Source of the DNA: Candidatus Pacearchaeota archaeon
GTDB lineage: Archaea; Nanobdellota; Nanobdellia; Pacearchaeales; GW2011-AR1
DNA length: 64,000 nt
Assembly: GCA_018303845.1 (NCBI GenBank)
Contig: JAGVXH010000008.1
Span: 4,092 to 68,091, forward strand
Reading direction: 5' to 3'
Under the pieces are notes generated by a model that worked only from the letters and a program-made list of their open reading frames with translations, searched no databases and had not been told where the DNA came from. Numbering within the stretch: position 1 is the first letter of the stretch; each line of letters opens with the position of its first letter. The translations under genes and the position numbers were made by a program. This document shows, in pieces, positions 26,912 to 34,596 of the stretch.

Positions 26912-27535
26912 TTATTTTAAACCTCCTTTCAGATTTGATTCGTCTTTCGCAGTTTCCCGCGAGACGTATATCGAGAAAAGGTGCTCAGGGTCCAGCTTCT
27001 CCAGAGAGGCGGAAGAAGTTGTCACCTGAAAAGTGACCTTGTTCTCTAAATTTTTTTGAACCTCATTTATTAGATGAGTGATAGAATCGTCTTGTGATAC
27101 GATGTATATTTTTGGAATTGCAGTTTTTGTGTAAACTGACATTGCCTTTATTTTATCTAGTTGATTTTGTATTTGCCAGAAGAATTTTTGCAAGATAATT
27201 TGATGCTCAGAATTTTTTAGGCACCAAATGTTTATGATTGTTTTGTTTTCTTTTGATAGTGGAAGAAGGGTTTTGCCTGGGGCATTTTTTGCAAGAGGAA
27301 TTAGATAAAGGGATTCTTCCGATATTGAAAAGAGTGTTCTTGGTTTTCCTTTTTCGAAGGCTCCCGTTTTTTGTTTTTTAACTAGACCTGCTGCTTCTAG
27401 GAGCTTTAGCTGCTGGCTCACAAAGGAAGTTGTTGTTTGTAAGGATTCTGAAATTTCCATCGGGGACGAAGGCTGCTCTATTATCATTTTCAATATGTCC
27501 CATCTGGGATTACTAAGAAAAGAATCAAGCTCCAT
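26912..27535 (-). CDS. ArsR-like winged-helix regulator with a C-terminal domain; paralog of 10595-11146
   Basis: NPRWDILKMIIEQPSSPMEISESLQTTTSFVSQQLKLLEAAGLVKKQK. A TATA-like tttaaata lies about 20 nt upstream of the ATG. Confidence 0.7.
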   Translation of the reverse strand: MELDSFLSNPRWDILKMIIEQPSSPMEISESLQTTTSFVSQQLKLLEAAGLVKKQKTGAFEKGKPRTLFSISEESLYLIPLAKNAPGKTLLPLSKENKTIINIWCLKNSEHQIILQKFFWQIQNQLDKIKAMSVYTKTAIPKIYIVSQDDSITHLINEVQKNLENKVTFQVTTSSASLEKLDPEHLFSIYVSRETAKDESNLKGGLK

Positions 27536-27697
27536 AACTAGAATATATTCATAAAACCTATTTAAATGTTTTGTTAATTAGGTGTATTAGTAATTTGGGC
27601 AAAGTAGTAATTTTGATTATTTTGTTGATTATTTTAACTTATTTAATTGGCTATTTAATTTATTAGTTGATTAGTAATATAAAAAAATAATTTGGGC

Positions 27698-28471
27698 TTA
27701 TTCCAGTTCTACGTAGAAGTAATATGGCGTTGTTGCGGTATCTGTTCCGTGACCGTCTTCTGTTACTAACATTTCAAAGTCATGTGTTCTTCCGTCGAAG
27801 CCCAGAACATCTTCGTTTAATAGTGATGTGAAAATTACGCTTTGGCTAGTCGGTTCGTAAAGTAAAACTTCTTCGAATTTGTCATTTTCTCCAGCTCCCG
27901 TATTACTGAAAAGTCTTGTGCTTTGACATTCGCCTTCTGAAAATTCAAAGTTGCTTGTATAGAATGTGTTATGAGTTCCGGCTCCTATTAGATTGAAAGT
28001 TTCATCTATTCCGTCTACATCGTCGAATTTTATGTTAAATAATTCTTCTAATTGTGTTAAGTTTGTTCCATATCTGGAAGTCGTTCCGCCGTTTCCAGAT
28101 TCACTTGCGTATGATCCATTGGCGCTATAGTTGAAGCACTGAACATTTGCCCAACTTATTGAGTTTGATGTTGATGCGTAAATTTCACCTTGAGGAGAAG
28201 CCAACGTCCAATTATACATTTGGTTGTCACTTGCGTCGGATAGTTGGATTGTACCTGTTATATTACCGAAATATCCTTGCCAACTTTGAGTTATTGTGAA
28301 CCCATCTATGTTGATTTCCGTTACATTTCCTGCTTGAGCGGGAATTGATGCTGGGGCATCTGGAGTTGCCCTTGTTGAATTAATTATTGTGTAATTTGCC
28401 CCGAAGGGTTCAACTGCTAGGACTGGAGAAATTATGGACAGAATTAATAGTGCCAAAACTAATCTCTTCAC
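27698..28471 (-). CDS. Secreted stand-alone 'WQG...YVEL' module protein (family C), co-operonic with the ATPase
   Basis: Signal peptide, then AGNVTEINIDG ... TQSWQGYFGNITGTIQLSDAS ... MYNWTLASPQGEIYA ... HDFEMLVTEDGHGTDTATTPYYFYVELE-stop. Its start overlaps the stop of 28468-29301 by 4 nt. Confidence 0.8.
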   Translation of the reverse strand: MKRLVLALLILSIISPVLAVEPFGANYTIINSTRATPDAPASIPAQAGNVTEINIDGFTITQSWQGYFGNITGTIQLSDASDNQMYNWTLASPQGEIYASTSNSISWANVQCFNYSANGSYASESGNGGTTSRYGTNLTQLEELFNIKFDDVDGIDETFNLIGAGTHNTFYTSNFEFSEGECQSTRLFSNTGAGENDKFEEVLLYEPTSQSVIFTSLLNEDVLGFDGRTHDFEMLVTEDGHGTDTATTPYYFYVELE

Positions 28472-29301
28472 TTTATCCCTTCCATAATAACCTTTAGTTG
28501 GTCGATGTCTCGAGAAAAAGAAGTTTTCTTTTGAATTTCGTTGAGCGAGTTAATATAAGTTTGAAGCTTTGCCACGAGTTTATCTAGCTCAGATTTTTCT
28601 GCCAGGTTTGTAATTTTGTTTTTCACAAATTCTACATCCTTTGCATTTTGTTCTATTGAGGCTTTTGCATCCATGGTTTGTGATTTGAATGCGTCGAGAT
28701 CCTGGATTCTTGTTCGCATTTCTGCGTAAATTGTTTGGACCTTGTCTGTTTGCGTGTTAATTCTTCCTTCGACTTTTTTTATTTCTATTAGTTCTGATTT
28801 GACTTCTTCTGAAAGTTTTATGACTTCTTCTATTCCTCTGAAAAATTCTATTTTCTTTCTAGTCTCTCTTAGTTCTTCCATGATTCGGTTCATTATTGAT
28901 TCGTTTCCTTCTAGGTTTGCTTTTAGTGCTTCAATTTTTACTTCTTGCTTTTGGACTTCAGTCATTAATTTTTCTGGCTGGACTGAGGCTACTAAATCCG
29001 AAGACTTAACTGCCTTTAATTCAACCTCTTGAATTGTTCGGTCTCGCTCTAGAATCATTGACCTAAGTTCACCAATTTGTTCGGAAGTTCTTGTAAATCT
29101 TTCTGAAAAAGAAGCTCTAACTTCTTTGAAAGCTTCAGAACTTGCTTTTAACTTTTCTATTTCTGTCTTTAATTTTATTATGTCCGCAGATGCTTCTTTT
29201 GAGACTTCCACTGGTGCCACTTCTATTTCTTTTTCTGGCTTTTCTTCAGAAGATTCTTCAGAAGATTCTTCATCTTTTTTCTTTTTTAGGAAGTCGAACA
29301 T
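28468..29301 (-). CDS. Coiled-coil protein (277 aa) with an acidic Ser/Glu-rich N-terminus
   Basis: Strongly heptad-like, E/K-rich sequence throughout, with no TM and no signal peptide. It overlaps both neighbouring genes. Confidence 0.6.
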   Translation of the reverse strand: MFDFLKKKKDEESSEESSEEKPEKEIEVAPVEVSKEASADIIKLKTEIEKLKASSEAFKEVRASFSERFTRTSEQIGELRSMILERDRTIQEVELKAVKSSDLVASVQPEKLMTEVQKQEVKIEALKANLEGNESIMNRIMEELRETRKKIEFFRGIEEVIKLSEEVKSELIEIKKVEGRINTQTDKVQTIYAEMRTRIQDLDAFKSQTMDAKASIEQNAKDVEFVKNKITNLAEKSELDKLVAKLQTYINSLNEIQKKTSFSRDIDQLKVIMEGIK

Positions 29302-29615
29302 TTTATTTCATGCTCTATTTCTTGGATTAGTTTTAGGAGAATATCGTAGTCATGCTTATCATATGTAGACTCAAAAATTTTGATTTTTGATTTTAGCAAT
29401 GTTAATTTTGACCTTACTAACAATGCCTCTTTTTTGTCGATCTCCCCTGATGCTAACTCCAGTTCTAAGAGCTTTAATTTTAGTTTAGAAGCTACAAGAT
29501 ATTTTAAACCTTCTGTCCTCTCGGTATAGCAAGATATTTTTTGTATCTTTTTGTATTGTTCATTTGGGATTATTTTCTTTGATATGCCTTTTATCCTTAA
29601 GTATTCTTTTTTCAT
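29286..29615 (-). CDS. Small helical/coiled-coil protein (109 aa)
   Basis: Contains KLKLKLLELELASGEIDKKEALLVRSKLTLLKSKIKIFE. It has a 4-nt overlap with the ATPase gene and a 16-nt overlap with the next gene. Confidence 0.5.
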   Translation of the reverse strand: MKKEYLRIKGISKKIIPNEQYKKIQKISCYTERTEGLKYLVASKLKLKLLELELASGEIDKKEALLVRSKLTLLKSKIKIFESTYDKHDYDILLKLIQEIEHEIKCSTS

Positions 29616-32600
29616 TTAGTCCTAGAAGGGAAATTATTTATTTCTTCGATCATTTTAGTTTTTTCCATTATCGGATTTAGCTTGGTTGCAAATTCTGGTG
29701 AAAGCTGTTTAAACCATGCTGCAATTTCATTTTTTGTTTCGTTAACATGTATTTTGAAAATATCATCGTCCATATTTGGAAGAACATCTTTTAGTTCTGC
29801 TAGTGTTGAAACCATCATCCCGTTGTCGAAAGTTATTGGCTCTAGTTGTTTTTCTTCCATATTTTCTTCTTTATTATAAGTTACTTTCTCTTCTATTGCC
29901 TGAATCTTTTCCTTGTCTTCTATCTTTGATCTTTCTCTTTGTGCTTCCTCTACTGACCTTTTTATTTCGTCCATATCTGCCAATTCAATTTGCTTTTTCT
30001 TCGGTGTCTTGCCTAATTTTTCCCATTGCTTTACAATTCGTGGTTTTAATCCTTCTAGATAAATATCAACTACTGAAAAGTTTCCTACCATAATTTTATC
30101 TTTGACTAGTTTTAATTCCATTTTCAAATCGAAGACATCAATTTTTAATTCTTCGAGTTGTGATTTTAAGAAACTGTCTCCATATTTTGATTTTATTCGT
30201 TCTAAATCGCCTTCTTCTACTGTACGGGTCTGGATTTCTGTATTGATATTTGCTTTAATTTCTCCTACAAAATCATTCATAACCTGGGAGATTAATAACT
30301 GCCCAATTCCCCATTTACGGAATTCTCGACAGCCTCTTTCAATTTGAAGGAAACCTTCCCCTTGTCCACCAAACTTAGGAAGAAGACGATGAACTTCATC
30401 AAATACTAATAATATCTTTAATTCTGGGGATTCTTTTGGATCGGACTTGAAAACTTGTCTAATTACATTTGCTACAAAAATGTCCATGTCTTTTGGCTGA
30501 AGTTTGTTTAAGGTGAAAATTTGTACGTGACCTGGTGCGAAATATTTATTTATGTCAATTATTTGCCTTGCATCTTTTACGGCTCGGATATTTCCTGGGA
30601 AGCCTCTAGCGTCGGAAGGCTTTAGTCCGAATTTTGGATAGAAAGATATCATTTTTTTGTCTTCGCATTTTCGCAGCATTCCTGACCATTGGGCTGTTGG
30701 ATCGAACACTATGACGCAGACATTTTTCATTAGGGCTTCTTCTATTAAGACTTGGGCAGAAATGGACTTACCCATACCTGTTGCACCGGCTACAATTGTA
30801 TGTACTGTTAGTCTATCAATTTCGAAGAGTGCATTTTTATTTGTCTCTGCAATGTGCCCTAGGCTTATTACTCGCGATCCTGGTTGAGGGAGAGTTGAAT
30901 AATCAACTGCTACTTTGTATCTTTTCATTTTATCTAGATGTCTTTTGTAGATGAAAAGGGATAATAGAATAAAGCTTAAGAATGAAATTATAGCTAGGTA
31001 CATCCAAAGTGGAATTCCAAAGAAAGCATAAAGGTAGAGAGGTTGTGTTACTTGAAATGGGACTGTAATTCTCGAGACGAGATTAAAATATTTGGCCTCA
31101 ATTTCTAGATGGTATTCTCCATTTGGAATGTCATCAGGGAGCTGTAATTCTTCCAGAAGAGTCAGCATAGTTTGGATTTCTTCATTTGTTTGTTTTTCTG
31201 CGTAAACTTTTGAACCGTTTGTTGCTACCGCTTCTGCTTTTATTGAGACTAAATAATTTTGTTCGCTTAGAAGATTTTGTAGAGAAAGTTTGTATTTTAG
31301 GGTATCGCCCTTATTTACTTTTGTATTAAAAAGATCCGCCTTAATTAGCATCGCTTCAATTGGCATTCGTCTCTCTACTATTTTTATTGTGATTGGGATA
31401 TTTTGCTCTAGCGAACCTGATATCGAAAGGTTCCCGACATATGTCCCTAGTGGTGCCGTTCCATAAATTGTCATTTTTAATTCTCCAAATGAATCAGGTT
31501 GGATTGTTAGGGATTTTTGCTCTAGAATTATTATATCTTCAAGTTCTGGAGGAAGAGAAAATACCAAGGACATTGCTTCTCCGAAATTATAAATTCCTAC
31601 ACTCTCTTCTGCGAAAGTATTTCGCCTTACCTCTTTTTTTATTTCTTTTGTACTAATCCAGTAATCATCTCCATTTTTCCTTGCTGCTTCTATTATTTCT
31701 GCTAGCTTGTTTTCTTCTGTATATGGTCCTGTTGGGAACACCAATTGTTCTTGAACTGGATTTATTTCAGTTAGTGTTAAATTAACTTTGACTTCAGTTG
31801 GGCTGGAAGAAAAGTCAATAATAGAATAATTGTTGTTGTAACCTTCTAGTGTTGCGATGAGGCTGTGATTTTGAGTTGTAAGGGATGGGTACAATGAGTA
31901 GTAACCGTAAATATCTGTTGTCGTAGAGGACCCTGATATCGAGACTTGGGAGTCTAAAAGCGGAAGATCACTTGTGTCTAAAATGTAGCCATGAATATGC
32001 GGGATTATTGTTTCGAATACTCCTGGTGTTGCCGGAGAAAGTGTTATATTTTTTTGGATTGTATAATTTTCAAAAGAGATATTAATGTATTCGAATTTGT
32101 CATCGTATGCTAACTTTTGTGCTATTATATTGTATGTTCCTGGGATTAGTGTTGTTGTGAAATTGTAATATCCTGTTGAGGTTGTGTTTTTTGTTATGCC
32201 TGCGAATGTTACGGATGCATTTGCGATTGGGTTTCCTAGCGTGTCTTTTACGAAACCGAAAACTGTTGCTTCTACGGTTGTTCCTATGCCGCCGCCTGCT
32301 GGACATTCGTCATTTGGATCCGTGAAGAAGTAATATGTTATTGAAGTTGATTCTGGTGTTGGGATTAACATTTGGTAATTCACAGTTACATTGGGCGAAT
32401 ATCCTTTTTGTAAATTTGAAATATGGGAGACATATACGATATTGCCAGAAGCGTCTTTTAGGATTCCGATGTCGAATATGTTATTTTCTCCATCCCATCG
32501 GTAAGTATGTGTTGATGGAATGTCTGTTACATTTCGTGAGCCTATCATTATCCACATGGAGGATGTAAATGTGTTGACTGCACAATCTACCCTGCCAGAA

Positions 32601-33073
32601 CAGCCTATATATGTGTCGACTTCTTCTGGGGTTGCTGGGACTAGCGAGCTGAAGTCTATTGTTAAAACAGTTGACGCGTAAACCTCATTTCCACCTTCCG
32701 CCGCTGTGTCTATGCAATCAAAAAAGAGGTCCTGTCTACCAATTTCTCCTGAGAAAGTTTCTGATAGCTGTTCCGTAAAGCCTGGCACTCGAAGAGCCAA
32801 TCCGTAGATTCCGTTCCAATAGAGCGTTGGGAATGTCCGTTCAATTACTATTTGCGTGATATCTCCGGCCCTACTTTCTACGTAGACTGCGTAACCAGTT
32901 GAGAGATAGTGGGAAGTGAAAAGTAATATGAAGGATGTCGTTGAAAGGATTGCTAGGAAAAGAAGAAACATCTCTATATTTTTTTCGCGGGATTCTTTTT
33001 GAAGTTCGGTTCGTAGAGTTGCTAAAGCGGTGTTTGACTTAGCAGTATACTTTTGAGATCTCCCTTCTTTCAT
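29612..33073 (-). CDS. Membrane-anchored HerA/FtsK-superfamily (DUF87/VirB4-like) ATPase with a ~630-aa ectodomain
   Basis: TM1 is near aa 35-55. The ectodomain has two CarboxypepD_reg-like repeats (FGFVKDTLGNPIANASVTFAG ... GTYNIIAQKLAY; HGYILDTSDLPLLDSQVSISG) and CARDB/COG1470-like beta domains. TM2 is IPLWMYLAIISFLSFILLSLFIY. The motifs are Walker A (VAGATGMGKS), Walker B (LLVFDEVHRLLP) and CREFRKWGIGQLLISQ. A C-terminal ~60-aa domain is shared with 23968-24309. Confidence 0.75.
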   Translation of the reverse strand: MKEGRSQKYTAKSNTALATLRTELQKESREKNIEMFLLFLAILSTTSFILLFTSHYLSTGYAVYVESRAGDITQIVIERTFPTLYWNGIYGLALRVPGFTEQLSETFSGEIGRQDLFFDCIDTAAEGGNEVYASTVLTIDFSSLVPATPEEVDTYIGCSGRVDCAVNTFTSSMWIMIGSRNVTDIPSTHTYRWDGENNIFDIGILKDASGNIVYVSHISNLQKGYSPNVTVNYQMLIPTPESTSITYYFFTDPNDECPAGGGIGTTVEATVFGFVKDTLGNPIANASVTFAGITKNTTSTGYYNFTTTLIPGTYNIIAQKLAYDDKFEYINISFENYTIQKNITLSPATPGVFETIIPHIHGYILDTSDLPLLDSQVSISGSSTTTDIYGYYSLYPSLTTQNHSLIATLEGYNNNYSIIDFSSSPTEVKVNLTLTEINPVQEQLVFPTGPYTEENKLAEIIEAARKNGDDYWISTKEIKKEVRRNTFAEESVGIYNFGEAMSLVFSLPPELEDIIILEQKSLTIQPDSFGELKMTIYGTAPLGTYVGNLSISGSLEQNIPITIKIVERRMPIEAMLIKADLFNTKVNKGDTLKYKLSLQNLLSEQNYLVSIKAEAVATNGSKVYAEKQTNEEIQTMLTLLEELQLPDDIPNGEYHLEIEAKYFNLVSRITVPFQVTQPLYLYAFFGIPLWMYLAIISFLSFILLSLFIYKRHLDKMKRYKVAVDYSTLPQPGSRVISLGHIAETNKNALFEIDRLTVHTIVAGATGMGKSISAQVLIEEALMKNVCVIVFDPTAQWSGMLRKCEDKKMISFYPKFGLKPSDARGFPGNIRAVKDARQIIDINKYFAPGHVQIFTLNKLQPKDMDIFVANVIRQVFKSDPKESPELKILLVFDEVHRLLPKFGGQGEGFLQIERGCREFRKWGIGQLLISQVMNDFVGEIKANINTEIQTRTVEEGDLERIKSKYGDSFLKSQLEELKIDVFDLKMELKLVKDKIMVGNFSVVDIYLEGLKPRIVKQWEKLGKTPKKKQIELADMDEIKRSVEEAQRERSKIEDKEKIQAIEEKVTYNKEENMEEKQLEPITFDNGMMVSTLAELKDVLPNMDDDIFKIHVNETKNEIAAWFKQLSPEFATKLNPIMEKTKMIEEINNFPSRTK
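30150..30900 (-). other. P-loop ATPase core of the 1153-aa protein (approximate)
   Basis: Walker A is encoded near 30765-30790 and Walker B near 30388-30417. Confidence 0.7.
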
Positions 33074-33125
33074 GGGTTTTCATAGGGATTTGGGAATTTA
33101 AAGTTTGGGTTGATAGGTCGAAAGG

Positions 33126-33134
33126 TATATAAAA
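33126..33134 (+). promoter_or_regulatory. TATA-like box (tatataaaa) upstream of 33171
   Basis: It lies 36 nt upstream of the ATG, with a gaggag about 12 nt upstream of the ATG. Confidence 0.35.
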
Positions 33135-33170
33135 TAATTTAGGTTGTTATTGTCGAGGAGATTAACTGTT

Positions 33171-33824
33171 ATGGGATTTTTGAGTAAAAGTAGCGCGCCG
33201 AGTGAACTGCCAGATTTGGCTATAGAAAGTCTTGGAAGGAGTGCACCCATAGAAAGTGCTCGGCAATATACTCAACCTATTGTTAGCCAGCCTTTGCCTA
33301 TTTTGCCCAAGCCTATTATTATCCCTCAGTCCCAAAAGAAAGAAGTTGTAAGAGAAGATTGCCTTGAATTTTCACGCGATGCAATTCAGGATAAACCTGC
33401 ACATGATGATATTAAGAAAGCTATTGATAATAATCTTTTGAGGGCGAGTGAAAGTGGGAAATTGTCTAAGTCTGGATTTTTTGATCAGGTTTTGGATGAT
33501 ATTAATGGTGAGATTAAGGACCTTGGGAATCTTGAAGATTGGTATGAGAAAAAGTTTTTGAAGCAAGATGTTGTTTCGAACATGAAGGGATATTGGGAAG
33601 AGAATAAAGCAGATATTATTATTGAAAGTTTTGGGGCTGAGTATAAGAGACAGATTAATGATAAAGTTAAGGTTTTGCAAGAGCTTGAAGAAGATTGGCG
33701 CGAGATTTATTTTAGGTTGGTTAAGAAGGAGGAGGAAATGAAGAAAGAAGAGCGGGAGTTAAAGGAGACTTTGAGTGAGTTTGTAAATTTATGTAAGAGG
33801 AAAAAGGGTGGAGATGAAAAGTAA
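33171..33824 (+). CDS. Hypothetical protein with a C-terminal coiled coil (start taken at ATG 33171; the ORF track begins at a TTG at 33144)
   Basis: MGFLSKSSAPSELPDL ... EDWREIYFRLVKKEEEMKKEERELKETL. It is transcribed divergently from the ATPase operon. Confidence 0.5.
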   Translation: MGFLSKSSAPSELPDLAIESLGRSAPIESARQYTQPIVSQPLPILPKPIIIPQSQKKEVVREDCLEFSRDAIQDKPAHDDIKKAIDNNLLRASESGKLSKSGFFDQVLDDINGEIKDLGNLEDWYEKKFLKQDVVSNMKGYWEENKADIIIESFGAEYKRQINDKVKVLQELEEDWREIYFRLVKKEEEMKKEERELKETLSEFVNLCKRKKGGDEK

Positions 33825-34206
33825 GATTTCTAAAGGACAGAAGAAGAAGAATGGGGCTGTCAAGATTAGTATTAGTGGAAATGGAAAAATTGGGGCTGCT
33901 CGGAGGCTAAAGAATAGGAAGGTTGTTATTTTGTTGTTTTTTGGTGTTGGTATTTTAGTTGTGGGCTTGGTTTTACTAATAATGTCTAGCGTTGGGTTTT
34001 TTGAAAAATTTGAAGAAGAGAAATATTTTGATATTAAAGATGAGTGTGGGATTATTCTTGGAAATTTGGTTCATCAGGTTCGAGACGAAGGAGAGTGTAG
34101 GCTTAAGTGTGTGAATGAGTGCGATGTTCGTGGGATGGATTTTGTTAGATTTGGGTTTGAAGGGAAGATTGAGGATTGTAATTCTTGTGACTGTTGGTGC
34201 AAATAG
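33808..34206 (+). CDS. Single-pass membrane protein with a Cys-rich extracytoplasmic domain (132 aa)
   Basis: TM is VVILLFFGVGILVVGLVLLIMSSV, followed by 9 Cys in about 55 aa (ECGII ... ECRLKCVNECD ... CNSCDCWCK). It overlaps the upstream gene by 17 nt. Confidence 0.5.
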   Translation: MEMKSKISKGQKKKNGAVKISISGNGKIGAARRLKNRKVVILLFFGVGILVVGLVLLIMSSVGFFEKFEEEKYFDIKDECGIILGNLVHQVRDEGECRLKCVNECDVRGMDFVRFGFEGKIEDCNSCDCWCK

Positions 34207-34567
34207 GGTTAGGGATTTTGTGAATTTACAAAACATAGAAATCCATTCAAAATCATGGGACAACGTCTGAATGATTTCTAATGGATAATAATTGATATTT
34301 TTATTTTATTTATAGGAGATATTTTGAAACCGTTTCGAGAGTTGGTTCTTATTGAGCACACTAACGGATTGGAAATGTATCCCGCATCGGTTTCCCCAAT
34401 AGGAGATATATTCTACTTTCCTAGATAAAATTTTAAGTTGTCTGTCAACCCTTATGAAAATTTTAGTTTTGAGAAATGGGACATTTTTCAAGAGAGAAGG
34501 TTTCTAAAAAATTACGAGGACCTGGGGCTTTGGGAAAAGGCTAGTTTAATAATTTGGTTTGCTTAAG

Positions 34568-34577
34568 TTTAAAATAA
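34568..34577 (+). promoter_or_regulatory. TATA-like box (tttaaaataa) upstream of 34597
   Basis: It lies 19 nt upstream of ATG 34597. Confidence 0.4.
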
Positions 34578-34596
34578 ATGGATGGTTTGTGTTTTA

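Noticed and set aside
25060-33073. Reading the ATPase operon as a type IV pilus/archaellum or a classical conjugative T4SS locus
   Set aside because: No PilB/FlaI-type secretion ATPase, PilC/FlaJ platform, prepilin peptidase or class III signal peptides are present. No relaxase, VirB6/VirB8-like or coupling-protein genes are recognisable either. The secreted proteins have Sec-type signals.
34306-34491. 61-aa minus-strand ORF in the long intergenic gap
   Set aside because: It is highly basic and low-complexity. It has no convincing promoter or start context and overlaps the repeat/stem element. It remains possible but is unsupported.
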